Source of the DNA: Hydrogenispora sp.
GTDB lineage: Bacteria; Bacillota; UBA4882; UBA10575
Direction: 5' to 3'
Assembly: GCA_012837705.1 (NCBI GenBank)
Contig: DUQQ01000073.1
Location: 9,017-73,016 of the forward strand
DNA length: 64,000 bases
Shown: positions 1 through 7,632 of the stretch, piece after piece
How the letters are laid out: each line of letters begins with the position of its first letter
Position numbering within the stretch: position 1 is the first letter of the stretch
The notes under the pieces: generated by a model
Databases searched by the model: none
What the model was told of the DNA's origin: nothing
The model's input: only the letters and a program-made list of their open reading frames with translations
Made by a program: the position numbers and the translations under genes

Positions 1-764
1 GCGCCCATATGCTCTGCCGCAACTTCCGGCAAGTGGTGCGCTTCATCAAAGATAACGAGCTGGTAAGGGGGCAAGACTAAGCCGTCGCTGGAAAAATCAC
101 CTTGTTGCCGTAGAGCCAGGTCGGTGAAGAATAAATGGTGGTTCACGATGACGATCTGGGCGGAAAAGGCCTTTTTGCGCGCCGCCATCCAAAAGCACCG
201 GTGCTGGTAAGGACAATGCTTTCGTAAGCAGGTGGCTGACTCCGATGTTATTTTCTCTCGCAAAGCAAGAGTTAAGGTATAACCCAGCTGTTCGACACAA
301 CCAATCTCATTTGTGGCCGCACGGTAGACCCGTTCAAACCGGCTCCTTAACTCGCCCGGAAGCATACTGGGGTTTTGTTGATAGTATTGTAATTTACGCC
401 AACATAAATAGTTACCCCGTCCGAAAAGAACGGCGGTCTGGATCGGCGAGTCCAGTGTTTTGTTTAAAAAGGGGATCTCTTTTTCGATCAGTTGTTGTTG
501 GAGGTTGATCGTATAGGTGGAGATGATCACCGGACCTTTGGCGGCTTTGTTTTCCTGAAAAGCAAGATAAACCGGATAGAGGTAGGCTAAAGATTTGCCC
601 GTACCGGTTCCGGCTTCAATTAAAGCAGAGCCGCCCTGCTGGCAGATGTCCCAGACTAAAGTAGACATCCCTTGTTGCGCCGGGCGATATTCGAAGGCAG
701 GCCACCGGCGGGCGAAAAGTCCGTTTTGGCCTAGCGCACAGCGGGGCACAAATTCCGGTTTCAT
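1..764 (-). CDS. dinG: DinG/XPD-family ATP-dependent DNA helicase, N-terminal part (3' end lies beyond the window start)
   Basis: Own translation of the minus strand from ATG 764..762. It is absent from the ORF track because it runs off the window. Sequence begins MKPEFVPRCALGQNGLFARRWPAFEYRPAQQ. It has Walker A AGTGTGKS, DEAH box FDEAHH and a Cys-rich CLRKHCPYQHRC segment like the Fe-S domain of XPD/DinG helicases. ATGA start/stop overlap with nfo. Confidence 0.75.
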   Translation of the reverse strand, partial: MKPEFVPRCALGQNGLFARRWPAFEYRPAQQGMSTLVWDICQQGGSALIEAGTGTGKSLAYLYPVYLAFQENKAAKGPVIISTYTINLQQQLIEKEIPFLNKTLDSPIQTAVLFGRGNYLCWRKLQYYQQNPSMLPGELRSRFERVYRAATNEIGCVEQLGYTLTLALREKITSESATCLRKHCPYQHRCFWMAARKKAFSAQIVIVNHHLFFTDLALRQQGDFSSDGLVLPPYQLVIFDEAHHLPEVAAEHMG

Positions 765-1612
765 CCTGCACCTCCTGCTGCCAAACGGCGGACCACCGCT
801 AGATTTTCCAGATCATCCTCCGGTTTGGTTTTGGGGGTCTCCAGAATCCCGGTTAAAGCCGAAACCCGCGGGTCGGTTAGCAATAGACCAAATCCTTCCA
901 AGCCGATGCGCCCTTGACCAATGTGGGCATGGCGGTCCAAATGGGAGCCAAGTTCGCCCAAGGTGTCATTTAAGTGTAGAAGCGGCACCATTCCGAAGCC
1001 AACGGTCGCTTCCACCTCCGCCCACAAACGGTCAATCCCGGCTTTCGTTCGGAGATCATAACCGGCGGCAAAGGCGTGACAGGTATCAAGGCAAAGTCCG
1101 GTACGGTCTGGTAGGTCAATCGCTTGAAGGATCGCAGCCAGATGCAAAATATTACCGCCAACTTCAGTTCCAGCCCCCGCCTGGTTCTCCAGGAGAAAGC
1201 GGGTTCGCCCGGGGACCTTGGTGAGAATCTCTTCTACCCCCCGCACGACTTTATCCAGGGCCGTCTCCCTACTTTGCGTACCGGCTTTACCCGGATGAAC
1301 CACAAAATAGTCAGCGTCGATCATAACCGCCCGTTCGTACTCTTCAGCAATGGCATTGATCGATTTTTCGTAGAGCTCATCGTCTTCCGCCGCTGGGTTC
1401 GGTAAATAAGAGAGATGAACGACCACAGGTCCTAAACCGTGTTCTTGCACCTTTTGGCGAAAAGTCGCCACCTCTTGCGCAACCAGGGGTTTTTTTTGCC
1501 ACCCACGGGGATTTCCACTGAAAATCTGAAAAGCTTCACAACCTAAATCTTTAGCCGCCTGCACCGCTGCGGGCAGACCTTTCCCAATCGAAACATGTAC
1601 ACCAAAACGCAT
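761..1612 (-). CDS. nfo: Endonuclease IV (AP endonuclease family 2)
   Basis: 283-aa ORF starting MRFGVHVSIGKG, with VVHPG, LENQAG, CLDTCH and HLND metal-ligand-type motifs of the xylose-isomerase-like TIM barrel. Zero-nt gap to the upstream gene. Confidence 0.9.
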   Translation of the reverse strand: MRFGVHVSIGKGLPAAVQAAKDLGCEAFQIFSGNPRGWQKKPLVAQEVATFRQKVQEHGLGPVVVHLSYLPNPAAEDDELYEKSINAIAEEYERAVMIDADYFVVHPGKAGTQSRETALDKVVRGVEEILTKVPGRTRFLLENQAGAGTEVGGNILHLAAILQAIDLPDRTGLCLDTCHAFAAGYDLRTKAGIDRLWAEVEATVGFGMVPLLHLNDTLGELGSHLDRHAHIGQGRIGLEGFGLLLTDPRVSALTGILETPKTKPEDDLENLAVVRRLAAGGAG

Positions 1613-2476
1613 TCAATCCCGCCCCATATCATCTAAAAACTTGAGAAGAGAATTAGCTTCGATAAGTTTCGAAAAAGAAACCTTCTCCGCCACCAATTGC
1701 AAAAGGATAAAAAGAACAAGGGTTAAACCGATAAAAACCGCGTCGCCATCCAAAACGACAAGGCCGCCAAAGACGCCCCCTAAGAAATTGGCTCCCGTAT
1801 CTCCCAACATGGCGCGGCCTTTTAAATCGCTGGGAAAGTAGGCAGCTACTCCGCCGAGCACTGGTGCGGCCAAAAACAACGTAGGATTAAGTCCTTCGTA
1901 CCAATATGATTTTACCATCAAAAGGACCATCGCGGCCAGAAAAACTTTGACAGCCCGTCCTGGACGCAGGTCAAAGAGGTTTAAGATATTTGGTGCGAGG
2001 GCCGCCACCAGGACCGAAGGGACCAACAGCCACCAGCTCCCGGTGGTGGTCAATCGGACACCGATCCCGAAAACAAGACTGAAGGCAAAACCAAAAAGGG
2101 CTTTCAGACCGCCGGAAGTAAGTTCCCCTTCGTACAGCGCACGGAAATGCTGCCGAAAGCCCTTTTCTTCATCGTTTTTTAAAAGGTCATCGGCCAAACC
2201 AAGGAGGCCAAAACCGGTGGTCAAAAAGAGAAAGGCAAAAAACTCGCCCCTGTTCAACCCGGAAGAGAAGCCCAAAAAATCATACCCCACTTGGACCAGG
2301 AAGAGCAAGGGTAGGGTTAAAGGAAACACCAAACCTAAAGCGGCCGGGATCGGCTCTTGCCGATAATTTTCCTTCACCATCCCTTGTTTCCTTAAGAGCT
2401 GAGCAAGCAAGGGCAGACAGGTTTTTACGGTGAGGTAACCGAGGATCATTAGGAAGATTAAACGCATTGTTTTCAC
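1613..2476 (-). CDS. Polytopic membrane protein, MraY/WecA (GT4) polyprenyl-phosphate sugar-phosphate transferase-like
   Basis: 287 aa with many TM segments. GDTGANFLGG resembles the GDxGSxxLG motif of the family. The usual NxxNxxDGxDGL motif is degenerate (NILNLFDLRPG). Confidence 0.55.
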   Translation of the reverse strand: MKTMRLIFLMILGYLTVKTCLPLLAQLLRKQGMVKENYRQEPIPAALGLVFPLTLPLLFLVQVGYDFLGFSSGLNRGEFFAFLFLTTGFGLLGLADDLLKNDEEKGFRQHFRALYEGELTSGGLKALFGFAFSLVFGIGVRLTTTGSWWLLVPSVLVAALAPNILNLFDLRPGRAVKVFLAAMVLLMVKSYWYEGLNPTLFLAAPVLGGVAAYFPSDLKGRAMLGDTGANFLGGVFGGLVVLDGDAVFIGLTLVLFILLQLVAEKVSFSKLIEANSLLKFLDDMGRD

Positions 2477-2562
2477 CTAAGGGTATCGTGAATTGACCTG
2501 AGCTAAGCTGTAAATTCACCAATCCGGCCAAAATCTTCTCCGGAAAGGTCAGAACGGTAATC

Positions 2563-3234
2563 CTAGAAAAGCCGCTTTCCAACCACCTTGCAGATGTGGA
2601 AAAATTGTCGTCCACGGTGCAAAAAACCGACGAGATTGCGCTTCGTTTTCCGGTGGGTCATTGCCACCGCGACCTCCTTGATCACCAGACCCTGGCGGGC
2701 CAAGTCGATAATCATCGCCACTTCCACCCCAAATCCCTCCGCGAAATTCCCCCCTAAGGCCTGGAGAGCCTTTTGGTTTAAGGCCCTTTGTCCGGAGAGC
2801 GGTGCTGATAGGGTTAGACCGGTAAGGCTCCGGATGACCCTGCGGGCAAAGGAAAGGACGAAGCCGAAACCACTCTTTCTCTGTCCGTCGGGAAAACGGC
2901 CGATTACTAAATCGGCTTTCCCTTTCGCCACCGCCGTTAAGAGATTCTTCCCTTCCAGAGCCGTCCGGCCTAGATCGGCGTCTAATAACAATAAATACTC
3001 GCCGGTTATTGCCTTCAGGCCAAGGTTTAATGCACCACCTTTACCCCGGTTTTTCTCGCTTCTGATTACGGTGGCGCCTGCTTTTTCCGCTTCACGGGCC
3101 GTGTGGTCGGTTGAACCGTCGTCGACCACAATGATCTGGGTTACCCCCGGGATCTTTTGGGTTGCCCGTACTGTCTCGGCAATCTTTGCTTCTTCATTGA
3201 AAGCGGGGATCAGAACTGAGGCCGTAAATTCCAC
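2563..3234 (-). CDS. Family 2 (GT-A) glycosyltransferase
   Basis: 223 aa with LIPAFNEE, VVDDGSTD and a DxD-type LLLDADL motif. This is the typical dolichyl/polyprenyl-phosphate sugar synthase-like fold signature. Confidence 0.75.
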   Translation of the reverse strand: MEFTASVLIPAFNEEAKIAETVRATQKIPGVTQIIVVDDGSTDHTAREAEKAGATVIRSEKNRGKGGALNLGLKAITGEYLLLLDADLGRTALEGKNLLTAVAKGKADLVIGRFPDGQRKSGFGFVLSFARRVIRSLTGLTLSAPLSGQRALNQKALQALGGNFAEGFGVEVAMIIDLARQGLVIKEVAVAMTHRKTKRNLVGFLHRGRQFFHICKVVGKRLF

Positions 3235-3241
3235 TGCGGGT

Positions 3242-4156
3242 TCACCTTGCTTCCCGGCCGAAGGCTATCCCCGAGAGGGCAGTCTTCGGTAGTAAACTCC
3301 GGGCGGTTCCTTTCACCCCGAAGTGTCCTTTTTCACCAGCAGCAAGGGCTAAAACCAAGGCTACTTGGCCCGGAAGGGTGTCAATATTATCAATTGTGGA
3401 GAGCCCCGCACTTTTGTATCTTGAAATATAAGATCCCTTGGCGGTTAGCGGTTCAACGCCAACAACGGTTACGCCCTGCCCTTTTGCTTCTTTGGCGAGG
3501 ATGAGATCGATCTGTTCGGCCAAATCGACCTTATCCTCATAGGTACCACCGAGCAAAATAAGGGTATCAAGGGGACCAGCCGCCAACTGGTTAATCCGGA
3601 TCAAATTGTGCGCTTGCAGCGAAGACAAGACGACGCTTTCCTGACCCGAAACTACCTCCGAAGTGAACGCGCTTAAGACCTGGTCAAACCAGAATTCTTC
3701 ACCGGCAAAACCGAAATGCGCCGCCAGCGCCTGTTGCGCAGTGGACGAAGGAGGCCATGGGCTAAAATCAATGTTTCGCCGGATTTGGGCGCCCGCTAGC
3801 TTCAAGACGTTAACGAGATCCTGCTGCAAAGTGGCTGGTACGGTATGATTCGTTTTAACGATCCCAATCGAGCGGTCAGTAAGGAGTCCGTTGACCATTA
3901 GGGGTAGAACCTCCCGGTTAAACTGCCGGAGGACCTCCAGCTCGACCTCACGGTCGGCCAATCCGGTCTGTAAGGCCTTTTTTTCGGTCCTTAGTTGGTC
4001 AAATTCCCGTTCCAAATTGATAATCAGTTGCTCCTGTCTTCTCCCCATTTCGTCGTTGTTCATCAAAGCGCCACCAATAACAATCCCGATGCCCAAGGCG
4101 AGGAAGATCGCAGCTAAGGAGGAAATATAATACCGAAAGTCCAGTGGCATGGTCAC
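3242..4156 (-). CDS. MctB/SteB-like 'copper transporter' family protein (DUF3186-type), N-terminal TM anchor
   Basis: 304 aa. The N-terminus DFRYYISSLAAIFLALGIGIVIGG matches my recollection of the conserved start of this family. It is followed by a coiled-coil and an extracytoplasmic domain. 5-nt gap to steA. Confidence 0.6.
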   Translation of the reverse strand: MTMPLDFRYYISSLAAIFLALGIGIVIGGALMNNDEMGRRQEQLIINLEREFDQLRTEKKALQTGLADREVELEVLRQFNREVLPLMVNGLLTDRSIGIVKTNHTVPATLQQDLVNVLKLAGAQIRRNIDFSPWPPSSTAQQALAAHFGFAGEEFWFDQVLSAFTSEVVSGQESVVLSSLQAHNLIRINQLAAGPLDTLILLGGTYEDKVDLAEQIDLILAKEAKGQGVTVVGVEPLTAKGSYISRYKSAGLSTIDNIDTLPGQVALVLALAAGEKGHFGVKGTARSLLPKTALSGIAFGREAR

Positions 4157-4161
4157 CGCTC

Positions 4162-5283
4162 CTATATCTTCAGTAGAAAACGTAGTTTAAGCCAGAGGAG
4201 ACGCAGCCAATCCCAAAAATACTTATTTAAGGATAAAACCAGAACAAAGGGGATAAAAGCAGCCAAGCAGATCACGAAGATCTGCCCGCTTTTTATCCTG
4301 CTATGGTATAGTTTACTGACGCCTCTGGCGTCAACGAGAATCGAACCTACCTTTAGTCTGACCAAAAATGTACTGGCCATACCGGGGCGGCCTTTTTCCA
4401 GAAAATCAATCATGTTGGAGTGGGTTCCCACCGCGACAATCAGGTCGGCCCCTTTTTCATAGGCTAAAATCAACGCCAAATCCTCACTGGTACCAGGTGC
4501 CGGGAAAGTGACCGCCGCCAAGTTCAGTTGGCGGATGCGCTTTAAGCCGGGGGCCCTGCCGTCGGGATAGGCGTGAACCACGAGCTCGGCCCCAGAGCGT
4601 AAAGCTTGGTCGGAAACACTATCCATATCGCCAATGATCAAGTGGGGCTTAAGGCCAAATTCGATTAAAGCGTCGGCACCACCGTCAACTCCGATTAAAA
4701 CCGGTTTTACCTCACGGATATAGGATAAAATGATCTTTAAATCTTCCCGGTAGTTTTGGCCCCGGACCACAACCAAAACCTGTCTCTTATGTAAGTTAGT
4801 CCGGAGCGAAGGTAGTTTCAGCCCCCCGAGGACCAGATCCTTTTCCACTAAAGCATATTCCAGTGTGTTTTGGATAAATTTATCTAATTCGTGGTTCAGG
4901 TTCTTTTTTGCCGCTTCGGTTGCCGCTTCGATCCGTTCCGGATTAAGGATGACTCCCTCCCCCAACAATTGCTCCTGCCAGTAAATTCTGCCTTCTTTAA
5001 TTTCAACTTCGGCACATTCGGGGAGGGCGTTAAAACAATCGAAGCCCACCGCGTCCAGGATCGGAACTCCTGCTTTACTCAGCAGCATCGGCCCCAAATT
5101 GGGGTACCGTCCGGTGATTGAAGGACTGGCGTTGATGACCAGCCTGACCTGGCTTTTAATCAGAGATTCGGCAGCAACCTGGTCCAGATCGGGATGGTTG
5201 ATGATGGCAATCTCACCGGGTTTAAGTTTCTTCACCAAGTCCTTCGTTTTACTGTTTTTTCGTGCTGTACCCCGAATCTCCAA
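4162..5283 (-). CDS. steA: SteA-like putative cytokinetic-ring protein (thiamine pyrophosphokinase-like domain plus C-terminal TM)
   Basis: 373 aa. GTARKNSKTKDLVKKLKPGEIAIINHPDLDQVAAESLI...SITGRYPNLGP is the characteristic SteA N-terminal pattern. C-terminal hydrophobic helix. Only 7 nt after the spo0A stop. Confidence 0.8.
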   Translation of the reverse strand: MEIRGTARKNSKTKDLVKKLKPGEIAIINHPDLDQVAAESLIKSQVRLVINASPSITGRYPNLGPMLLSKAGVPILDAVGFDCFNALPECAEVEIKEGRIYWQEQLLGEGVILNPERIEAATEAAKKNLNHELDKFIQNTLEYALVEKDLVLGGLKLPSLRTNLHKRQVLVVVRGQNYREDLKIILSYIREVKPVLIGVDGGADALIEFGLKPHLIIGDMDSVSDQALRSGAELVVHAYPDGRAPGLKRIRQLNLAAVTFPAPGTSEDLALILAYEKGADLIVAVGTHSNMIDFLEKGRPGMASTFLVRLKVGSILVDARGVSKLYHSRIKSGQIFVICLAAFIPFVLVLSLNKYFWDWLRLLWLKLRFLLKI

Positions 5284-5290
5284 TTTCTCT

Positions 5291-6073
5291 TTAGCCTCGC
5301 AATTTGTGATTTAGACGAATTTTGTCGGATATTTTCGCGATAAAACTAACATTGGTTGGTTTTCCTTTTTTTTCGTCAACAACATGCCCCATCAATTCAT
5401 GGAGATATTCGATCTCCCCTTTACTCCAGGCCGTTTCGATGGCAAAGCGCATCGAACGTTCTACCCGGTTTGGGGTGGAGTTATATTCTTCGGCAATCCG
5501 CGGGTATAGTTTTTTGGTTACTTCATTGATCAGTCCTGGTTCTTTCACACAGAGCAAGATTGCCTTCCGTAAATAGGTGTAGCCTTTAAAGTGGGGTGGA
5601 ATCTTTAGTTTTTGTAAAATGTCGGTTACTTCGCGCTCCGTCTGGGCTTCCTGCCTTGCTAAGGGTGAAAAATAGTTATATTCGGATTGGGGTTGGGCAC
5701 CACAGACCTCCCGGATCCGCTGGACAAGGATCTGCAGATCAAAAGGTTTAACAATAAAATAGTCGGCACCCAACTCCACTGCTTTGCGGGTGATCTCCTC
5801 ATGGCCAAATGCGGAAAGAATAATAATCTTCGGTTTATTCTTCATCGTTTTGATCCGTTCAAGCACGGCAATCCCGTCTAATTTTGGCATAATCATATCT
5901 AAGAGTAAAAGATCCAGTGGACTGGTTCTTAAGATTTCTAGGGCTTCTAATCCATCGTTGGCAACGGCAGTTACGGCGAGATCGGGATAGGATTCAAGAT
6001 AATCTCGTAAAACTTGGCAAAACTCCAGATTATCTTCGGCTATGCCTATTTTTATCTTCCCTGATGAGCTCAA
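5291..6073 (-). CDS. spo0A: Sporulation master regulator Spo0A
   Basis: Receiver domain (IGIAEDN, LLLDMIMPKLDG, KPF) plus the Spo0A-specific C-terminal DNA-binding domain (KGYTYLRKAILL...VERSMRFAIETAW). The longest ORF starts at ATG 6106. I prefer TTG 6073 (MSSSGKIKIG...), which has GGAGG 8 nt upstream and lies downstream of the predicted sigma-H promoter. Confidence 0.95.
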   Translation of the reverse strand: MSSSGKIKIGIAEDNLEFCQVLRDYLESYPDLAVTAVANDGLEALEILRTSPLDLLLLDMIMPKLDGIAVLERIKTMKNKPKIIILSAFGHEEITRKAVELGADYFIVKPFDLQILVQRIREVCGAQPQSEYNYFSPLARQEAQTEREVTDILQKLKIPPHFKGYTYLRKAILLCVKEPGLINEVTKKLYPRIAEEYNSTPNRVERSMRFAIETAWSKGEIEYLHELMGHVVDEKKGKPTNVSFIAKISDKIRLNHKLRG

Positions 6074-6109
6074 TAAGTCCGCCTCCGTTCGTAACTCTTT
6101 TATCATAAA

Positions 6110-6136
6110 ATTCGTTAAATAAAAAGATATTCCTCC
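6110..6136 (-). promoter_or_regulatory. Candidate sigma-H-type promoter of spo0A
   Basis: The minus strand reads GGAGGAATA-N11-AACGAAT. This fits my recollection of the sigma-H consensus RNAGGAWWW-N11/12-RNNGAAT. B. subtilis spo0A is known to have a sigma-H sporulation promoter. Confidence 0.5.
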
Positions 6137-6149
6137 AAAAACGTTTGTT

Positions 6150-7499
6150 TTAAGATGCTAAATCATAATTTGTCGTGAATTTGCCAGCTAGGTTTTCTTC
6201 CATTTGCAGCATCCATTCAGCAAAGACCGCATATCCACGGGTTGGATCGTTTACAAAGACGTGGGTAATGGCACCAACCAGTTTACCGTTTTGGATGATT
6301 GGACTACCGCTCATCCCCTGAATGATCCCGCCGGTTCGACTCAGCAATTCCGGATCGGTCACCTTGATGACCATGCCTTTGTCGCGGAGGCTAGTTTGAT
6401 GGTAGACTTTTTGGATTTCAATGGAATAGCGGCGGATTTCGTTCCCCATAACAACGGTCAGCATTTCCGCGGGACCGGGCTGCACCTGCGAGATGGTGGA
6501 AACGGGAATCGGCTGGGGATACCATGGATTGGCCAGCCCATGTTGGAGGGAGCCGAAAATGCCAATCGGGGTATTCCCGTAAATATCCCCAATGATGTCA
6601 CTATGGCCAGAAAAAACGCCAATCTTCTCTCCGGGTTCACCGCGGTTACCCTGGTTAATCCCGGTAATGCGGGCCGCCACGATCTTCCCTTGGGCTAGAG
6701 GTAGCTCTTGATTACTAAGCCCAACAATTTTATGGCCTAAAGCACCGTAAAAATTTGTCTTCGGGTTATAGTAGGTTAAAGTTCCAACTCCGGCCGCTGG
6801 ATCTTCGACGTAGAGCCCCAGGTAATAACGGGTAGTTCCGTCCTGTCGGCTAGTCCGTTTTACCGGCTGAATCGCAAGCTGGAGAGTCTGTCCGGCGCGG
6901 AGAATCGTCAATCTTAACGGTGTACCTTTCGCCGCTTCCTGCTGAATGATGGGTTCCACTTCATGGATGCGGTGAATAACCTGTCCGTTAATGGCAACCA
7001 GTAAATCCCCGACTTTCACCCCGGCCTCCTCGGCCGGATAAAACTCCTGCCCTCTGTCATCGCGGACGGGAAGGTGTCCGGTGACGATTACGCCTTCTTT
7101 GGCCACTAAGACACCGATGGCATGTCCGCCCGGGATAACCTCCGGCATTTTTTCCACGACCAGATTAACCCGGCGGATCGGAAATCCGAACAAGCGAATT
7201 TCCAAGGTACCGGTCCCTTCGCGTTCTGAGCGGACCATCACTTGTGAGCAACTTCCACTTTGTCCTTTATTCAGTTCGGTGTGGCCATTAGCACCGATTA
7301 TTCCGTCAAGGCGATCGGCTTCCAAATAGATACTGAAGGGTTTTTTTAGGGACAACTGGAAGTTCTGTCCAGGGACAATCCTTAACTTACTGGGGAAAAG
7401 TTGGACTTTGATCGCTTGGGGTAGAATAAGCAGGAGACAGATTCCAAAAAGCAGAGCGCAGCCAAGAGCAAAAGGTCTTCGATAACGGGGTGGCATCAT
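6150..7499 (-). CDS. spoIVB: SpoIVB signalling serine peptidase (S55) with PDZ domain
   Basis: N-terminal TM, a PDZ-like segment (GVKVGDLLVAINGQ) and the S55 catalytic region (GMSGSPI). The track starts at TTG 7511. ATG 7499 or 7496 is preferred because of GGAGG just upstream. Confidence 0.9.
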   Translation of the reverse strand: MMPPRYRRPFALGCALLFGICLLLILPQAIKVQLFPSKLRIVPGQNFQLSLKKPFSIYLEADRLDGIIGANGHTELNKGQSGSCSQVMVRSEREGTGTLEIRLFGFPIRRVNLVVEKMPEVIPGGHAIGVLVAKEGVIVTGHLPVRDDRGQEFYPAEEAGVKVGDLLVAINGQVIHRIHEVEPIIQQEAAKGTPLRLTILRAGQTLQLAIQPVKRTSRQDGTTRYYLGLYVEDPAAGVGTLTYYNPKTNFYGALGHKIVGLSNQELPLAQGKIVAARITGINQGNRGEPGEKIGVFSGHSDIIGDIYGNTPIGIFGSLQHGLANPWYPQPIPVSTISQVQPGPAEMLTVVMGNEIRRYSIEIQKVYHQTSLRDKGMVIKVTDPELLSRTGGIIQGMSGSPIIQNGKLVGAITHVFVNDPTRGYAVFAEWMLQMEENLAGKFTTNYDLAS

Positions 7500-7543
7500 A
7501 TCTTCCTCCAATTAAAACCGCAGCTATAAGGTGTATTTACTGA

Positions 7544-7573
7544 TAAATTCCCCGTTAAGATCGGCCTTTATAC
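7544..7573 (-). promoter_or_regulatory. Candidate forespore (sigma-F/G-type) promoter of spoIVB
   Basis: The minus strand reads GTATA-N15-GGGGAATTTA. This is one mismatch from my recollection of the sigma-F pattern GYATA-N15-GGnnAnAHTR. B. subtilis spoIVB is forespore-expressed. Confidence 0.4.
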
Positions 7574-7598
7574 GAAGAAAAAACAAGGGAGTTTGGAA

Positions 7599-7626
7599 AG
7601 AGCATAGGCGTTATCGCCTATGCTCT
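7599..7626 (-). terminator. Hairpin terminator after leuS
   Basis: 12-bp perfect stem AGAGCATAGGCG/CGCCTATGCTCT with a 4-nt loop, starting 7 nt after the leuS stop. The T-run (TTGTTTTTTCTT) lies about 15 nt further on, so it is not a textbook intrinsic terminator. Confidence 0.6.
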
Positions 7627-7632
7627 CTGCGT

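Noticed and set aside
4321-4357. tRNA-like 3' fragment on the minus strand (…GGTAGGTTCGATTCTCGTTGACGCCA) with a TPsiC-loop-like GGTTCGATTC and a terminal CCA.
   Set aside because: It lies in frame inside steA and encodes KVGSILVDAR. The flanking bases cannot form a T-stem (GTAGG versus CTCGT) or an acceptor stem, and there are no D or anticodon arms. It is a coincidental match.
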